Position numbers and translations under genes: made by a program. 64,000 nucleotides of DNA. It comes from Sphyrna mokarran. Its lineage: Eukaryota. Location of the stretch: contig JAGIQG010000001.1 of the NCBI GenBank assembly GCA_024679065.1, positions 108,314,001 to 108,378,000 on the forward strand, given 5' to 3'. The notes under the pieces are model-generated. The model was not told the origin of the DNA and did not search any database. It saw only the letters and a list, made by a program, of their open reading frames with translations. Positions 39,191 through 50,914 of the stretch are shown here, in pieces. Each line of letters begins with the position of its first letter. Within the stretch, counting starts at the first letter, position 1.

Positions 39191-41240
39191 CTGTCAAAGA
39201 CAAACAATTCAGACTCCAAGTTAGTACATTCAACAACTTTGTCAATTAAAAAAATAACAAAAACACAAATTTTGAAAAATATTTGCAAGCTATAAATGTT
39301 AAATCCCATTTTCACTATGCTTACATTAAAAAAATGTTTAATCTGCCCTAGCATCTTCTTGATACTTATAGTTTTCCATCTATTTTGTACATTTTTAACA
39401 ATCTTGTATTGGCACCCATTAAATGGAAACAAATACTATTTCAGAATTACAGCTGTTCTCCGTATAAAGCTGATTAATATTGTGTGGCTGCAACACATTT
39501 AAAAGTGTATTTAGGGCTGGCAATTAAAACAGTGAGTACAAATAGGATTAGAAATAATAGTATACTTAATAGTCTGACAAAATAATTAGAAAGCTTGCAG
39601 CTCTAATTATTCTCTCGGAACTGTTGCATTCTGCATCTAAAGGCAGGATTATAAACTGCCTGAAAACATCACTGCCAAAAAAACCAAAAGATTAGTGTTA
39701 ATTGCAGTTTTAGTTTCTTGCATTTGTACTCTAAACGCCAAATACAGTCATATTTTAATCACTGGTTTAAGGATTTGAGCATTTGGTCTTTGAAGGTAAA
39801 TCCAATATTTACCAAATAACATAATAAAGTTTTCTGTTTATGAATCATATCCTTTTGCCAACACATTTGTGTCACTCAATCATAAACAAATTTATTCTGA
39901 AGAAATAAATCACCAGGAAGCTCACTTTACAAGACCTGTTTGGGTCATATCAGGGAGTCCATTTTAATAGCTGTACGAAGAACAAGTCAAAATTAAAAAA
40001 CGTCAAATTTATTAAGACAGGGCAGAGATTATATTATATGTTTGCCAATGGCAACTTCAAAAGTCTGATGATGCCATAGATTTTGGGACAGTTTGCCTGC
40101 CAAGCTGCTGATTTGGAAAATAAAATGCATAGGGATCTTGGAAGAAGCAAGAAGAGAGAAGCTTGAACAAAGTATCCTCTGAATCTCAGTGATGGAAAAA
40201 ATTAGTTACCTTTAAAGGGGGTCTGTCTTCATATTAAGTGTTTTGCAAAGTGATTACTCTGAAAAGATATGCTTCATTTTATGATAGAGATGGATATAAA
40301 AATAATGACAATGGTTATTACCAGGCTAAAAGTTTTGCATCAGTTGAAGATGTTTTGGTTTTTGTGAGATTAACTAGTCAGGGTTAATACATATGGGGGG
40401 AAAATGCAATCCCAACACAGAAAACTATTCACTTGTACATTTGTCTGTAAAATGCTTAACTACACCACCACCTTTTTAATTTCCTTTACATTTTAATTTA
40501 GTACTATGCACAAACCTGAAGTCCCTATCTTAAATATAGTGGTTGAAAATTTGGAAATTATTTACTAAATTTGATCATGTTTGGAACATATTTTAATCAT
40601 TCGCAATATATTTTGAATGATATATAAATGTGGTATGAATATGGAAATTTTAAAATGTAACATTTAAAATTACTTCCAATAATTTTAAACCATAAATTTC
40701 TCCTGTCCTTTCCCAACACATTCAACAAAGCAATTATATCAAAACATTTAGTGTTAATCAAGCATTTGCTTATTTTTCCCCTTCAAAAGATTAGAAACTT
40801 TATGTAATTCCTTCATACTCTTGCAGGACAAATGCCTGATAAAAAGTTGCGAAGGGCTTGTCGATCTCAGATGGTTTCTAAATGATTTTCTAGTTGCAGG
40901 AAGGATGTGGATAAAAGTACGTATATAGATCTTCGGATTAAAATAGATGATTCTGAAAACACTCTGCTGTTTTCCATGTACTGGAATATAGGCTGATATA
41001 CAAATATAAATTGCGAAAGAAAACTTCAACAGTTAAACAGAAATTAGTGGAAAGAGAATCAAGACCCAAACATTACCTGCTAGAAGTTTCTGTTAGACGG
41101 CAGGAAAAGTGAGAGAAACAGAGAGAGCAACAGAAGTAGAAAAAACAGAAGTTTGAGAAGCCGATGTTGTACAGTCACACCAAGGCTTTAAACAGTGAAG
41201 GCACTTGTACATTGTAAACTCAATTCGTTCTGCTGCCTAC

Positions 41241-41297
41241 CATTGGCTGTCAAGGTAGCAGGGGTTGATGGGATGCCAGAACTGTGCATGCTAATCC
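41241..41297 (-). CDS. PTPN13: PTPN13 57-nt symmetric exon (likely cassette)
   Basis: tag|GG ATT AGC ATG CAC AGT TCT GGC...AAT G|gtagg; GISMHSSGIPSTPATLTAN vs recalled human GMTMHSSGNSSSQVPLKEN. Confidence 0.9.
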
Positions 41298-42234
41298 CTA
41301 ATAACAAAACATACAGTAATAAAAATAGTGCATAAAAAAGGAAAATAAAATCTCATATGATAATAATTACAAAATTATAAGAAATATTTATTTTAATTCT
41401 CCTAGAAAATTCCACAAAGTCATACACATTTAGTTTTTGTGAACATAACTGAGAACATTTCAGACACCAGAATGCCAACAATTCCCTTATTTAACTAATA
41501 CAGAAAAGGCTAATATCTGACACATATGCCTGATTATGTGTTCCATATTGGTAAAACCAAGTTGAATCACATATTGAATCCCATCCTGGATTGGGGCATG
41601 TAAAGAGTCAGGAGATTTATCATACATTATTTTTTAGGGTTGTCTTTTTGATGAGTAAGAGTAGAGCAATAACATGTCAAGAGATTGGACTTTAGAACAA
41701 GGGATTTTACCCAAGGGAAATAAAATCTATGGGCAAAATATTGCACAGGGGTTAGCATCTTACCTTGCACCCTTTGCCCAACACACTCTCTCCCAACACT
41801 TGGGAGCAAAGTTGGCATGGATGACGCTTCTCATGCCAGCACATACTGCAGCCATAATGCAACTGATTAATGTCCAGTATGTTACATTCTTAACAGAAAT
41901 ACATCAAATGATTATAAACAGAACAAAATGACTGCAGGAGCTCCACAGGCCTTGTCCTGGGCTTACATCATCTGGACCTCAACTATCTATGCTCTTGGTT
42001 ATGCACCAAAGGTGTTGCCAAAGTTGGCACTTGAGAATTTTAGTATGACTTGGATTCATGACAATAGCAGCTAACTGTACTGCCATGAGAAATAATTTCA
42101 ACTTACGACACTTATCGCTACCCAAACGTCTCAATTCCAGCCCCACAAAAAGAAATCTGTACCATGTCAATTTTCTGTTCAGTCTGTTCCATTTGAAACA
42201 ATTGCAAAGTGTTATGGCTCCATGCTATAAAATT

Positions 42235-42690
42235 ACATAGTGAGAATCTGAAAGGACAAGAGATGACCATATGGTGCATCATGCCAGTTCTTCGACAGGG
42301 CTATTTAATTAGTCCCATTTCCCTGTTCTGCTTCCATTGCCCTGTACATTTCTGACCTTTGAGTATTTATCCAATTCCCTTTTGGAAGTTACCATTAAAT
42401 CTTCCACCACCTTTTCGAAGCAGAGAATTCCAGATTCATGAAAACTTACTAAATAAACATTTTTGTTCCTCACAACACAATTCTGATTTTAATCCTCTTG
42501 CACCTGGAAACCATCTTGCATGATTTTAAATGCTATTAAATCTCCCCACGGCCTTCTCTGGTCAAACCTTCAAGAAGAGCAATACTTTTCTCTAATATGC
42601 ACATAATGGAAATTCATTCTTCCCTGCCATCTCTCTTCCTTTTCAAATTCAAGGCCTTTCTAATGTATTGTACCAACATTTCCTGAGAAC
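42235..42690 (-). mobile_element. Old CR1 3' fragment
   Basis: Similar to 16075-16900 and 59700-60130. Confidence 0.55.
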
Positions 42691-43015
42691 TGGAGCAAAT
42701 GCATGAAATAGAAAACTGCTATGGGGCTCAGAAACCGAACTTTCATATTTAAAACTGGATAGCAAAGGCTAAGATTTGGATTTAGTCTATTTCATGACAT
42801 GCGATTATCCTTGTCCTCAGTCTAGATGATGGAGGCAAACTTCACACTTGTTGGTTCCACACAGAATACAACACGCTCTTAGTCGAGTTGTATACAATCT
42901 GAGGAAGAAGTGAGCCTTTGGAGAAAGGTACTAAGAATCGCATTAACATCCAATTTAAGTTGGTCAGTTGGGCTCACAATGTAGCTCAATTATGCTTGCT
43001 ACATATATTCATATT

Positions 43016-43575
43016 GTGATGATACTGTGCCTTTAAGAAATTAATTTCTGTCATGTTTCTTGTGCAAGGTTTGTTTTAGCAGTCAATTCTATTAACCAAT
43101 GCCACTTTGTAACCGGCAGCCACCATTGTTACAGTCGCAGCATGATTGATCTTAATTGTTAAAGTGCTTGTTTTAATCTGAACTAATGCATTTCTGTTCA
43201 TGTTTCCCCTGGGGTTTTTCTTGAGTAAGCTTGATTAAATTGACTTACAGAAAAAGAATCAAGTGATTGTGTGGAACTAAGCTTACACAGAGAAATCAAG
43301 TCAGTTGCTGCTTGGGATCTTGAGAGAGGTAGCTCTTTCTGTCTGTCTCTCTCTCTGGATTTGGAGACTGGGATCTCTCATAAGATGGATTTCTGAAGTC
43401 CTGCTGTTTGGCTGGATCTTTCTCTGGAGGCTGCTGCATGGGAGTCAGAAGGAAAGTGGACTATATCTGTCCAGAGAGGTTAAAAAAAACTAGAAATGTA
43501 GCACCCACATGAGCATATCTGTTTTACACTAATTGATTCTGAAAAAGGATGCATGACTGTGGGGAGATTGCTTAA
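43016..43575 (+). mobile_element. Possible LTR fragment
   Basis: Starts TGTGATGATACTGTGCCTTTAAGAAA, CT-rich interior; no 3' CA terminus or TSD confirmed. Confidence 0.35.
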
Positions 43576-43956
43576 GCTGTCAGGCCTCTATTTATCAGAC
43601 TTTTAACGAAATTAACCGAAACAGGCTTGAGGCTAAAAAAAAAAACACTAACCACCCATTGGAGAAAACAAAAATAAAACATAGCACCTGCTTCCCCCTC
43701 TGCACAGAGTTCCCACTTGTACCAAGTTTCTGATCTAATGCACTGAGTTCTGCTGTCACTCCATGATCCCCAGTGAATTAAGAGCAAGAGGATACTAACA
43801 TAAATATGCAGGGGGAAAATGTTTTTAAGTGACTTGGGAAAAGAAGTACACAAAACCGTTGAACTGTGCATTACAAAACTTAATTTCGGTTAATGCTAGA
43901 TCTATAGTGGATACATGAACAAAATTATTTCCACTTTGAAATATTTTTTTTCTGAC

Positions 43957-44060
43957 CTATGGCATATGCCTGGTCTTCTGTGGATGATGAGTCGGACCCA
44001 GCATTTCTTCTGGCAGGACTTCTATGTAAGACTGTCTGAGACTTCTTTGGATTGATGACA
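43957..44060 (-). CDS. PTPN13: PTPN13 exon, FERM-PDZ1 linker
   Basis: aag|T GTC ATC...ATA G|gtcag; 104 nt, phase 2-1; LHRSPARRNAGSDSSSTEDQAYAI. Confidence 0.9.
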
Positions 44061-44571
44061 CTTGAAAAGGACCAGAAAATATAAGCAATCAAACACAGAC
44101 ATGAACAGAATTCCAGAATTAAAATGTTTGATAGTAAATTGCAACCAAGTAAGAAAAAAGAACTTGTACTTTATGCATTTAAAATTCCACAAAACCCAAC
44201 TCCTTAACTTGTCTTGAGTAAGAAAAACCAACCAACTATTACAACCAAGGGACAAAATTACATTAAAAGGCCATAAATATTTTAAATGTGAACTTTCATA
44301 GTAATAGCATATGTTAAAAAGAGAAAATTAATTACATAGATTTTAGATTTTCTTACAATTTGAAACAACAGCAGACAGCATCAGGAGCCCTGGTGATTAA
44401 ACAGTCAATGTCCTTTTGAAGGAGGAAATTACTGCTAATCAATTTTTGTAACTTCCTTAAAAACTGAATCCTGGATGTGAACAATATTGGCATAGTTGCA
44501 TTATCATCCCGAGAAACTCACTGGGGGGTGGGGCTTGTTCCTTGAACTACCATAGTTCTTTTACAAATTGT

Positions 44572-45058
44572 TCCCACAAAAATGTGATTACACTAGAGGG
44601 GGTGCAGTGGAAATTCGCCAGGATGCTGCCTGGGATGGAACATTTAAGTTATGAAGAGAGGTTGGATAGGCTTGGTTTGTTTTCATTGAAGCAGAGAAGG
44701 TTGAGGGGTGACCTGACCAAGGTGTACAAGATTATGGGCAGGAGAGATAAGGAGTAGCTGTTGTCCTTAGTTGAAGAGTTAGTCACGAGAGTACAGAGGC
44801 TCAATGTGATGTTTAGGAGGGATGCGAGGAGAAACTTTTTTATCCAGTGGGTGGTGACGGTCTGGAATGAACTGTCTGGGACGGTGGTAGAGTTGTCTCA
44901 CATCCTTTAAAAAGTACCCAGATTAGCACTCAGCACATCATAACATTCAAGGCGGTGGGCTTAGTGCTGGTATATGGGATTAGGTGGAAGATCAGGTGTT
45001 TCTCACTTGTTGGTGCAAACTTGATGGGCCAAAAGGCCTCTTCTGTACTTTATGATTC
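44572..45058 (+). mobile_element. CR1 LINE 3' fragment
   Basis: LEGVQWKFARMLPGMEHLSYEERLDRLGLFSL.QRRLRGDL. Confidence 0.9.
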
Positions 45059-45114
45059 GAAGAATGATGCAGAAATGATGTTTCTAATCATGTAACAATT
45101 GGATGAGTACTGAA

Positions 45115-45530
45115 AAATTTGGAAGTGTCCCAAGATCTTGTTCTCCATGGTGTTGGATATGAGGAAGCTGCTACTAAAGTAAACATAACGAGTTGCTGCA
45201 ATATATGTGGCCAGTGAGTAGGCTGGCAGATGAGTTGGATTCTTTGGTAGTGGTGGAAAAGGTGGTAGGTAGCAGATCAGTGGTAGAATTACAGGTGAGT
45301 GACTGAGTAGGTGTGCAGTCAGATCTGGCTGTGGTGGAGATGAAATAGTCAGGTGGTGAGGGCTGGTCAGTTCTGATCAGAGAGGATGATAGTTGGCTAA
45401 CTGGGAGAGGTGGTTTTATAATTCTATAAGTATTTATCTAAGATTTTTATGATCACCACTTCCTGGGTAACTAGCAGAAAAGTAATGGGAACTGTCTACA
45501 AAGTGTAAAGACAAAAATTTCTGTCCGATT
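45115..45530. mobile_element. Non-coding repeat (family of 7189-7977, opposite orientation)
   Basis: TTCCTGGGTAACT at ~45460, the reverse complement of AGTTACCCAGGAA; G-rich interior. Confidence 0.5.
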
Positions 45531-46319
45531 ATGCTGAGGAGAACTTGCCGACAGTGAAGACGCCCCCCCCCCGCGTTTCCCTGTAACAATGAGATTGCAA
45601 ACAACAGGAAAACCTGTCAACAGCAGCTGGACTGGAAGATCCAGCCACCTGCCAGTGATGGACTGTCTCTGTTGCTGCAAAACTTGCCATGGGAGTGCAG
45701 TAAATCTTGCCCTCTAACTCAAAATACAACAAAACAAAGAACAAAACAGCACGGGAAACAGGCCCTTAGGCCCAACGAGCCCATGCCGCCACCCCGATGT
45801 TCCCACCTCTACCTGATCTGAGGCTTTTTCAAGAGTGTTCCAGGAAGCAGGGGAATTCCCCATCAGAAGTTCAAACATCCTGTTCAATTCCCACAGAATG
45901 TTGGGCTGTATTTTTCAGTATGTCTGGTCTCTGGGCCAGTTTAGGCAGATAGACATCAAATGAAATTGATGTGTAAAAATTTGATTAATTCTTTGTCCCA
46001 AAATGCAAGTACAGATACATGGTTAAACAAAAATAAACACAGAAGCAGGGAGGTTCAGATATACAAATCCTTAAATATTAAGGGGACAAGTTAGAGCTGT
46101 AAACCAAAGGATAAGGAATCCTTGATTTATAAACAAAGGGATAACATCTAGAAACAGAGATAATGCAAAAACAATACAAATCTAATTACACAGGTTATCT
46201 ACTTATTTATTTACATTATGGACTTCTTACAGAAACTCAGCTGACATGGAGCAGTTGAACCAGGAATACTCATCATCAAAATGGATGTAAATATATTTAA
46301 CGTCAGAAAGGCACATGCA

Positions 46320-46343
46320 TATACACACACATACACACACACA
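46320..46343 (+). repeat. Imperfect (CA)n microsatellite
   Basis: ATACACACACATACACACACACAC. Confidence 0.8.
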
Positions 46344-47207
46344 CTTTAAAACTAGGGATAATTAATACGTGCAGTCTTTTCAGCAAAGAAGAAAGTTAAA
46401 GAAATCAATCCAATTTATTCTCAAAACTGGTTGATATGTATTATTATTTTTCTTATAATATTACATCTGTAATATTGTAGACAATAAATATGGTGGAACA
46501 AAACTAGAGTCTGAGAACTTATTTTGTCTTTAAAATTAATTCTAAAAGCTTCCATTGCAATTGTGCAGGAAATCAGTAAGAAAAATAATGTAAGTATTTA
46601 TTATTTTATAATTTTATTTTATAATTTATTTTTTATAATTACATTGCAATTGTGCAAAAAATCAGTAAGAAAAAAAATACAGATGTGTAATCAATGTAAC
46701 ATTAAATCGTAGCAGTATCATTTTATGACGAGCTAATGCATTCTCCAAGGATGAGCAAAATTATAAAATGCTCCCTTTTGACTTGGTATCCGTTTCTTCC
46801 TCAAGGGTTGATTGTGCCTGAGTTTTTGAAGCAGGACTTTACAGCTTCATTCGGGTGAGATCATAAAATCCCACCCAAGGCCACTGGAGATTTCTGTTCT
46901 AAGTTAGTAGGTTTCAGCCTTTGTATGGAATTTTCCTGCCCTGCCTGCCACGGGAGCTGACCACAAAGGTCTGTTGACCTTGGATGGGATTTTCTGGTGT
47001 TGGGGTGATCGTGGTCAGAAAATCCTGCCCTTCTGTTCATGTCAATGGTAACCTGTTGACATCGTGGAGGAGCACTCTTAGACACAATACTATATTTTGG
47101 CTTTTCAGACCTTTGCTAAAGCAGTTTTGAACGTGTTTCCAATTCTACTTACTTCACAATTAAAACCATGCTTTGTATGCAAATAATTCATAAAACAAAA
47201 AATTTAC

Positions 47208-47640
47208 CTGTTTTTGATTCGTCGATCACTTCCTGCCACAGACTCGGTGTCTGATCGAGGGCGTGGACGTTTTACTTTGCGTTCAGTGTCCCCTTCCAGC
47301 AAATTTGAAGAACGAAACAACTGATGGATAAAGTTGGGCGTACTTCTTCGTTTTGACTCCGAGACTTGACTAAGGTCATAATAAGATTTGCTGAGGATGG
47401 GAGGGCGGTGGTCCCACAGAGTACTAGATATCCGGTCTTTTGAGATGCTGTACAGGGGCTGATTCAATGCTGCCTCCGACCTGGACATACGTTTCAGGAG
47501 TTCAGAACGTATTAACTGTGACTGATCAGTTAATTTGTTATGTGCACTGTTGGCAAGACTGATACTACTATTCACCCTACCCATGGCGAATAAACCTGCA
47601 GAATCTCCATTGTAGTACAGGTTGCTGACCGATAAATTTT
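47208..47640 (-). CDS. PTPN13: PTPN13 exon, FERM-PDZ1 linker
   Basis: tag|AA AAT...AAC AG|gtaaat; 433 nt, phase 1-2; ELLKRMSRSE, SKSYYDLSQ, RSDTESVAG. Confidence 0.94.
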
Positions 47641-47759
47641 CTAAAGGGACAGAAAACGTGAGGAAAGAAAAAGATAATTCAGTAAGCATACTGTTATATT
47701 CCCTGCTTGGCGCTCCTCAATGGCACAATCATCCTCTCAAACTTCACTGGCTCCATACT

Positions 47760-47990
47760 GTCAATAAGAAGTCTCACAACACCAGGTTAAAGTTCAACAG
47801 GTTTATTTGGTAATAAAATCTACTAACTTTCAGTGTTATTCTTTTGTCAGATTTCTTACCTGATGAAAGAGCAGCACTCTGAAAGTTAGTGGCTTTTGCT
47901 ATCAACTAAACCTGTTGGACTTTAACCTGGTGTTGTGAGACTTCTCACTGTGTTTACCTCAGTCCAACAATGGCATCTCCATATCATCCA
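47760..47990. mobile_element. Penelope-like inverted terminal repeat pair with hammerhead-like motif
   Basis: AGAAGTCTCACAACACCAGGTTAAAGTTCAACAGGTTTA pairs with TAAACCTGTTGGACTTTAACCTGGTGTTGTGAGACTTCT; CTGATGA...GAAA at 47860-47884. Confidence 0.8.
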
Positions 47991-48862
47991 TACCGTCACC
48001 CAGGGCAATGAGCAAAAGGGACAAATAATGATTTTTTTAAAAACTCGCCATAAGGGCTGAGATTGCCATGTTGAGATTGGGAATTCAACATATGAGGAAC
48101 TGCAGATACAAACATACATAATCTTATTTTCCATTGGTGCAGTGGACTGAATGCTTCAAACGTACTGTGCCATTGCAGCTATTATATTTTGCATTATTAC
48201 ACTCAGTGTGCTGCTAACATCTGAATAAAAACAAGCTCTTCTCCTCAACTGGTTATTTAATTTGATCTCAATAACTACCTTTAAAAGGTGCACTGGTAAC
48301 ATCATACATTTACTATTATTTCCTAGAACCATGAGTAGCTATTACAACCGTGACATTACTGAGACATATAACAAAATAAAAGTAACACCACAACCCCATC
48401 CATCTCATTTCCAAAAGCTAAAACAACTCAGCACAAGCATACTTGGGTTCATGTTAGCCTCCATCCACTCTTTTCACTGTTCCAATAAAAAGCACTGGAA
48501 AATTAAATCAGGGTTTTTCCTTCCAGTTATTTGAACTGATTGATATATTTTCACACTAAGGCCTTTTTCACCATTGTGGTTTTGCAGCTATTAAAATCTG
48601 TAGCATGTATAAATTATGAAACAGGTGCCTGGACTATAATTATAAACAATGGTATGTTATCAGGAACAATCCCATGTATAACAGAACTGAGAAATGGCAA
48701 GGTAATAAAGGGAAAAGGGAATTACTTGAATCTCCATTTTAACATTGCCCACTCCATAGTCAACCCTCCGCTAATCATTTGGCTGCAATTTTTAGGAAAT
48801 TTCCATCTTTCCATTGAAAAGCCTTTATAAAATATAGGGGAATAAAAAGATTACACCGTTAC

Positions 48863-49025
48863 CAATTTCCTGCAAGTCCTGATTGTTCTTTCGTGCCCTC
48901 ATCTGCAACTGGAATTTGTGCTGAGATGATGCCAAATGTAGGAGATATTGACAGGTCTTGCTGCTATCTGCATGAAACAGATGCTTTATGCCATCTGAAG
49001 TATTTTGTAATGTAATCTTCTTTTT
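48863..49025 (-). CDS. PTPN13: PTPN13 exon, end of FERM
   Basis: cag|AAA AAG AAG...ATT G|gtaac; 163 nt; KKKITLQNTSDGIKH...QHKFQLQMRAR. Confidence 0.97.
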
Positions 49026-49297
49026 CTGCATCAATCAAGAAAACAATATAGAGTTTGGAATATATGCAAATGAAACACTGGAGCAATTAAAAACTGATGG
49101 AACATAGCAGTACAATGCAAACCTTATTTTCATGTTTCAGGTGTTTAATGTTTACCTAATATGAAATATTAGTCGGTTTTTCATCAAGCTTACATAGTTT
49201 CATTCATTTATAAATAAATGTTAAATCTAAATGTTGAATTTAATTGATTTATAAGTGTTCCTTTCTGCACCCCCCTACTCCTCTAAGAAAGACAAGG

Positions 49298-49854
49298 TGT
49301 GAAGTTGTACAAATGAAGTAGTGGCATGATGGGAAAATTGGTCAAGTATTTGGTATAAAATAAGGAAAACTGATTCTGCATAACATAAGACATGAATAAG
49401 ACTGGAGAAGGTCAAGACCTGATAAAGCTGACTCCGCATAACCTAGGGCTGTGTGAGTATGACAAGATAATGTCAGAAATCACGAAGTCATCAGTCCTCT
49501 TCTGTTCTATCAAAGGACAAGATAAAGGTATGACTGATGAGACAAAGAGTTCTAGGTGGTTTGCAGATCGTGCCATGATTTATGATATTGCTTATGACAC
49601 TATTACTGATCAAATTTCTGAATAAGATCTGGTCATGAAAACTGATAATGATTATGTATAAATACTGAATTGATTTTTTATGTAAGGGCAGACTTGAGGA
49701 AGAGTTAGCAAGTCATGACGACAGCTCTCTGAACTCAAGTTTTTGCCAATACTGCATGCAGTCTTTTGTAAATAAAGACTAGTTATTTTGTCGGAACGAA
49801 TTTTGTTGAGTCTTTCTACCATAGTCAAGAAGCAGGAAAATTCTCACTTCAACA
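49298..49854 (+). mobile_element. Solo LTR (ERV or Gypsy type), 557 bp
   Basis: TG...CA ends, imperfect terminal inverted repeat TGTGAAGT / ACTTCAACA, 4-bp TSD AAGG on both sides, TATAAAA at ~49657, AATAAA at ~49771. Confidence 0.8.
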
Positions 49855-49922
49855 AAGGGGGAATGTTTGCTTCTAAATAGAGATTTAAAAAGTAGTTTAG
49901 AAATATTTGCTTCAGATTATTA

Positions 49923-50083
49923 AGAGGGAGTTGACAAGAGAGAGGGAGTTGACAAGAGAGAGGGAGTTGACAAGAGAGAGGGAGTTGACAAGAGAGAGGG
50001 AGTTGACAAGAGAGAGGGAGTTGACAAGAGAGAGGGAGTTGACAAGAGAGAGGGAGTTGACAAGAGAGAGGGAGTTGACAAGA
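49923..50083 (+). repeat. 18-bp perfect minisatellite, 9 copies
   Basis: (AGAGGGAGTTGACAAGAG)n; TTGACAAG recurs every 18 nt from 49931 to 50075. Confidence 0.97.
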
Positions 50084-50213
50084 AAAACTTTTAACATGCA
50101 CTTGAAAATTAATTTAACAAACAAATCCAGAAAACTACTGACAAGACTCAAGAGTTTGAAGCATTAAAACAAGCTTCATCTACTGTGAATAATGATAGAT
50201 CAAACATACTTAC

Positions 50214-50396
50214 AGTGAAAGCAATTTTTTTGGTATCTCTCCATGGAAATCGAAGGACCACTGTTCTGACTCCATTTTGAATTTCATAAACAATTACACC
50301 TCTAGAACAAATGCCCAGATTTATTCCAGTTAGAGATTTTTTTTCTGGCTGAACTCGATAGAACAACACTCCATACTCAGGAAGCTTTTGACACAC
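50214..50396 (-). CDS. PTPN13: PTPN13 exon, FERM
   Basis: cag|GTG TGT...TTC ACT|gtaagt; 183 nt; VCQKLPEYGVLFYRV...LRFPWRDTKKIAFT. Confidence 0.97.
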
Positions 50397-50914
50397 CTGA
50401 AAACCATGTTAAATGAAAAAGCAACAGATAAATATACACACACTCAAAAAAGAGAAGGAAAATATCATGCTATTTTGAAAGTACTGCAGCATAATAAACA
50501 CTGAATATAGTATGCTGCTTAAAAAAAAAAATTCTTTAAGAAAGAAGACAGGTCATACAATTAAACTTCAGGTTTCTGTAAAATGGAATCGAAGTCACCA
50601 GCATCTTGCACTCTGCAGTGTCAAAGCACATGAATAATAAACTTTACCATAAAAATTTTTGGGTAACTGATGCCTTTCTTGAAATGTTCAAGGGATAACT
50701 ATCACAACGTTCACCAACGTATTCAAAAGCAACTGCTAGCCAACATATCCTTTTTTGTCTGAATATATGTTTGTACCACTACTGTGATTGCAATTTTAAA
50801 TAGGAATTGATATTATAATGAAAAAATACAACAGGACTTTCAGTGGTGTACACAGGCTTCTGTGGACTTGCAACTTTAGGATACCAGGTTTCTCACAAGA
50901 GCACAAAGAACAGC

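Noticed and set aside
49923-50083. CRISPR array or repeat-protein gene (RELTRE / SCQLPL ORFs)
   Set aside because: Units are contiguous with no spacers, there are no cas genes, and the context is a vertebrate intron. The ORFs exist only because the 18-bp unit lacks stops in those frames.
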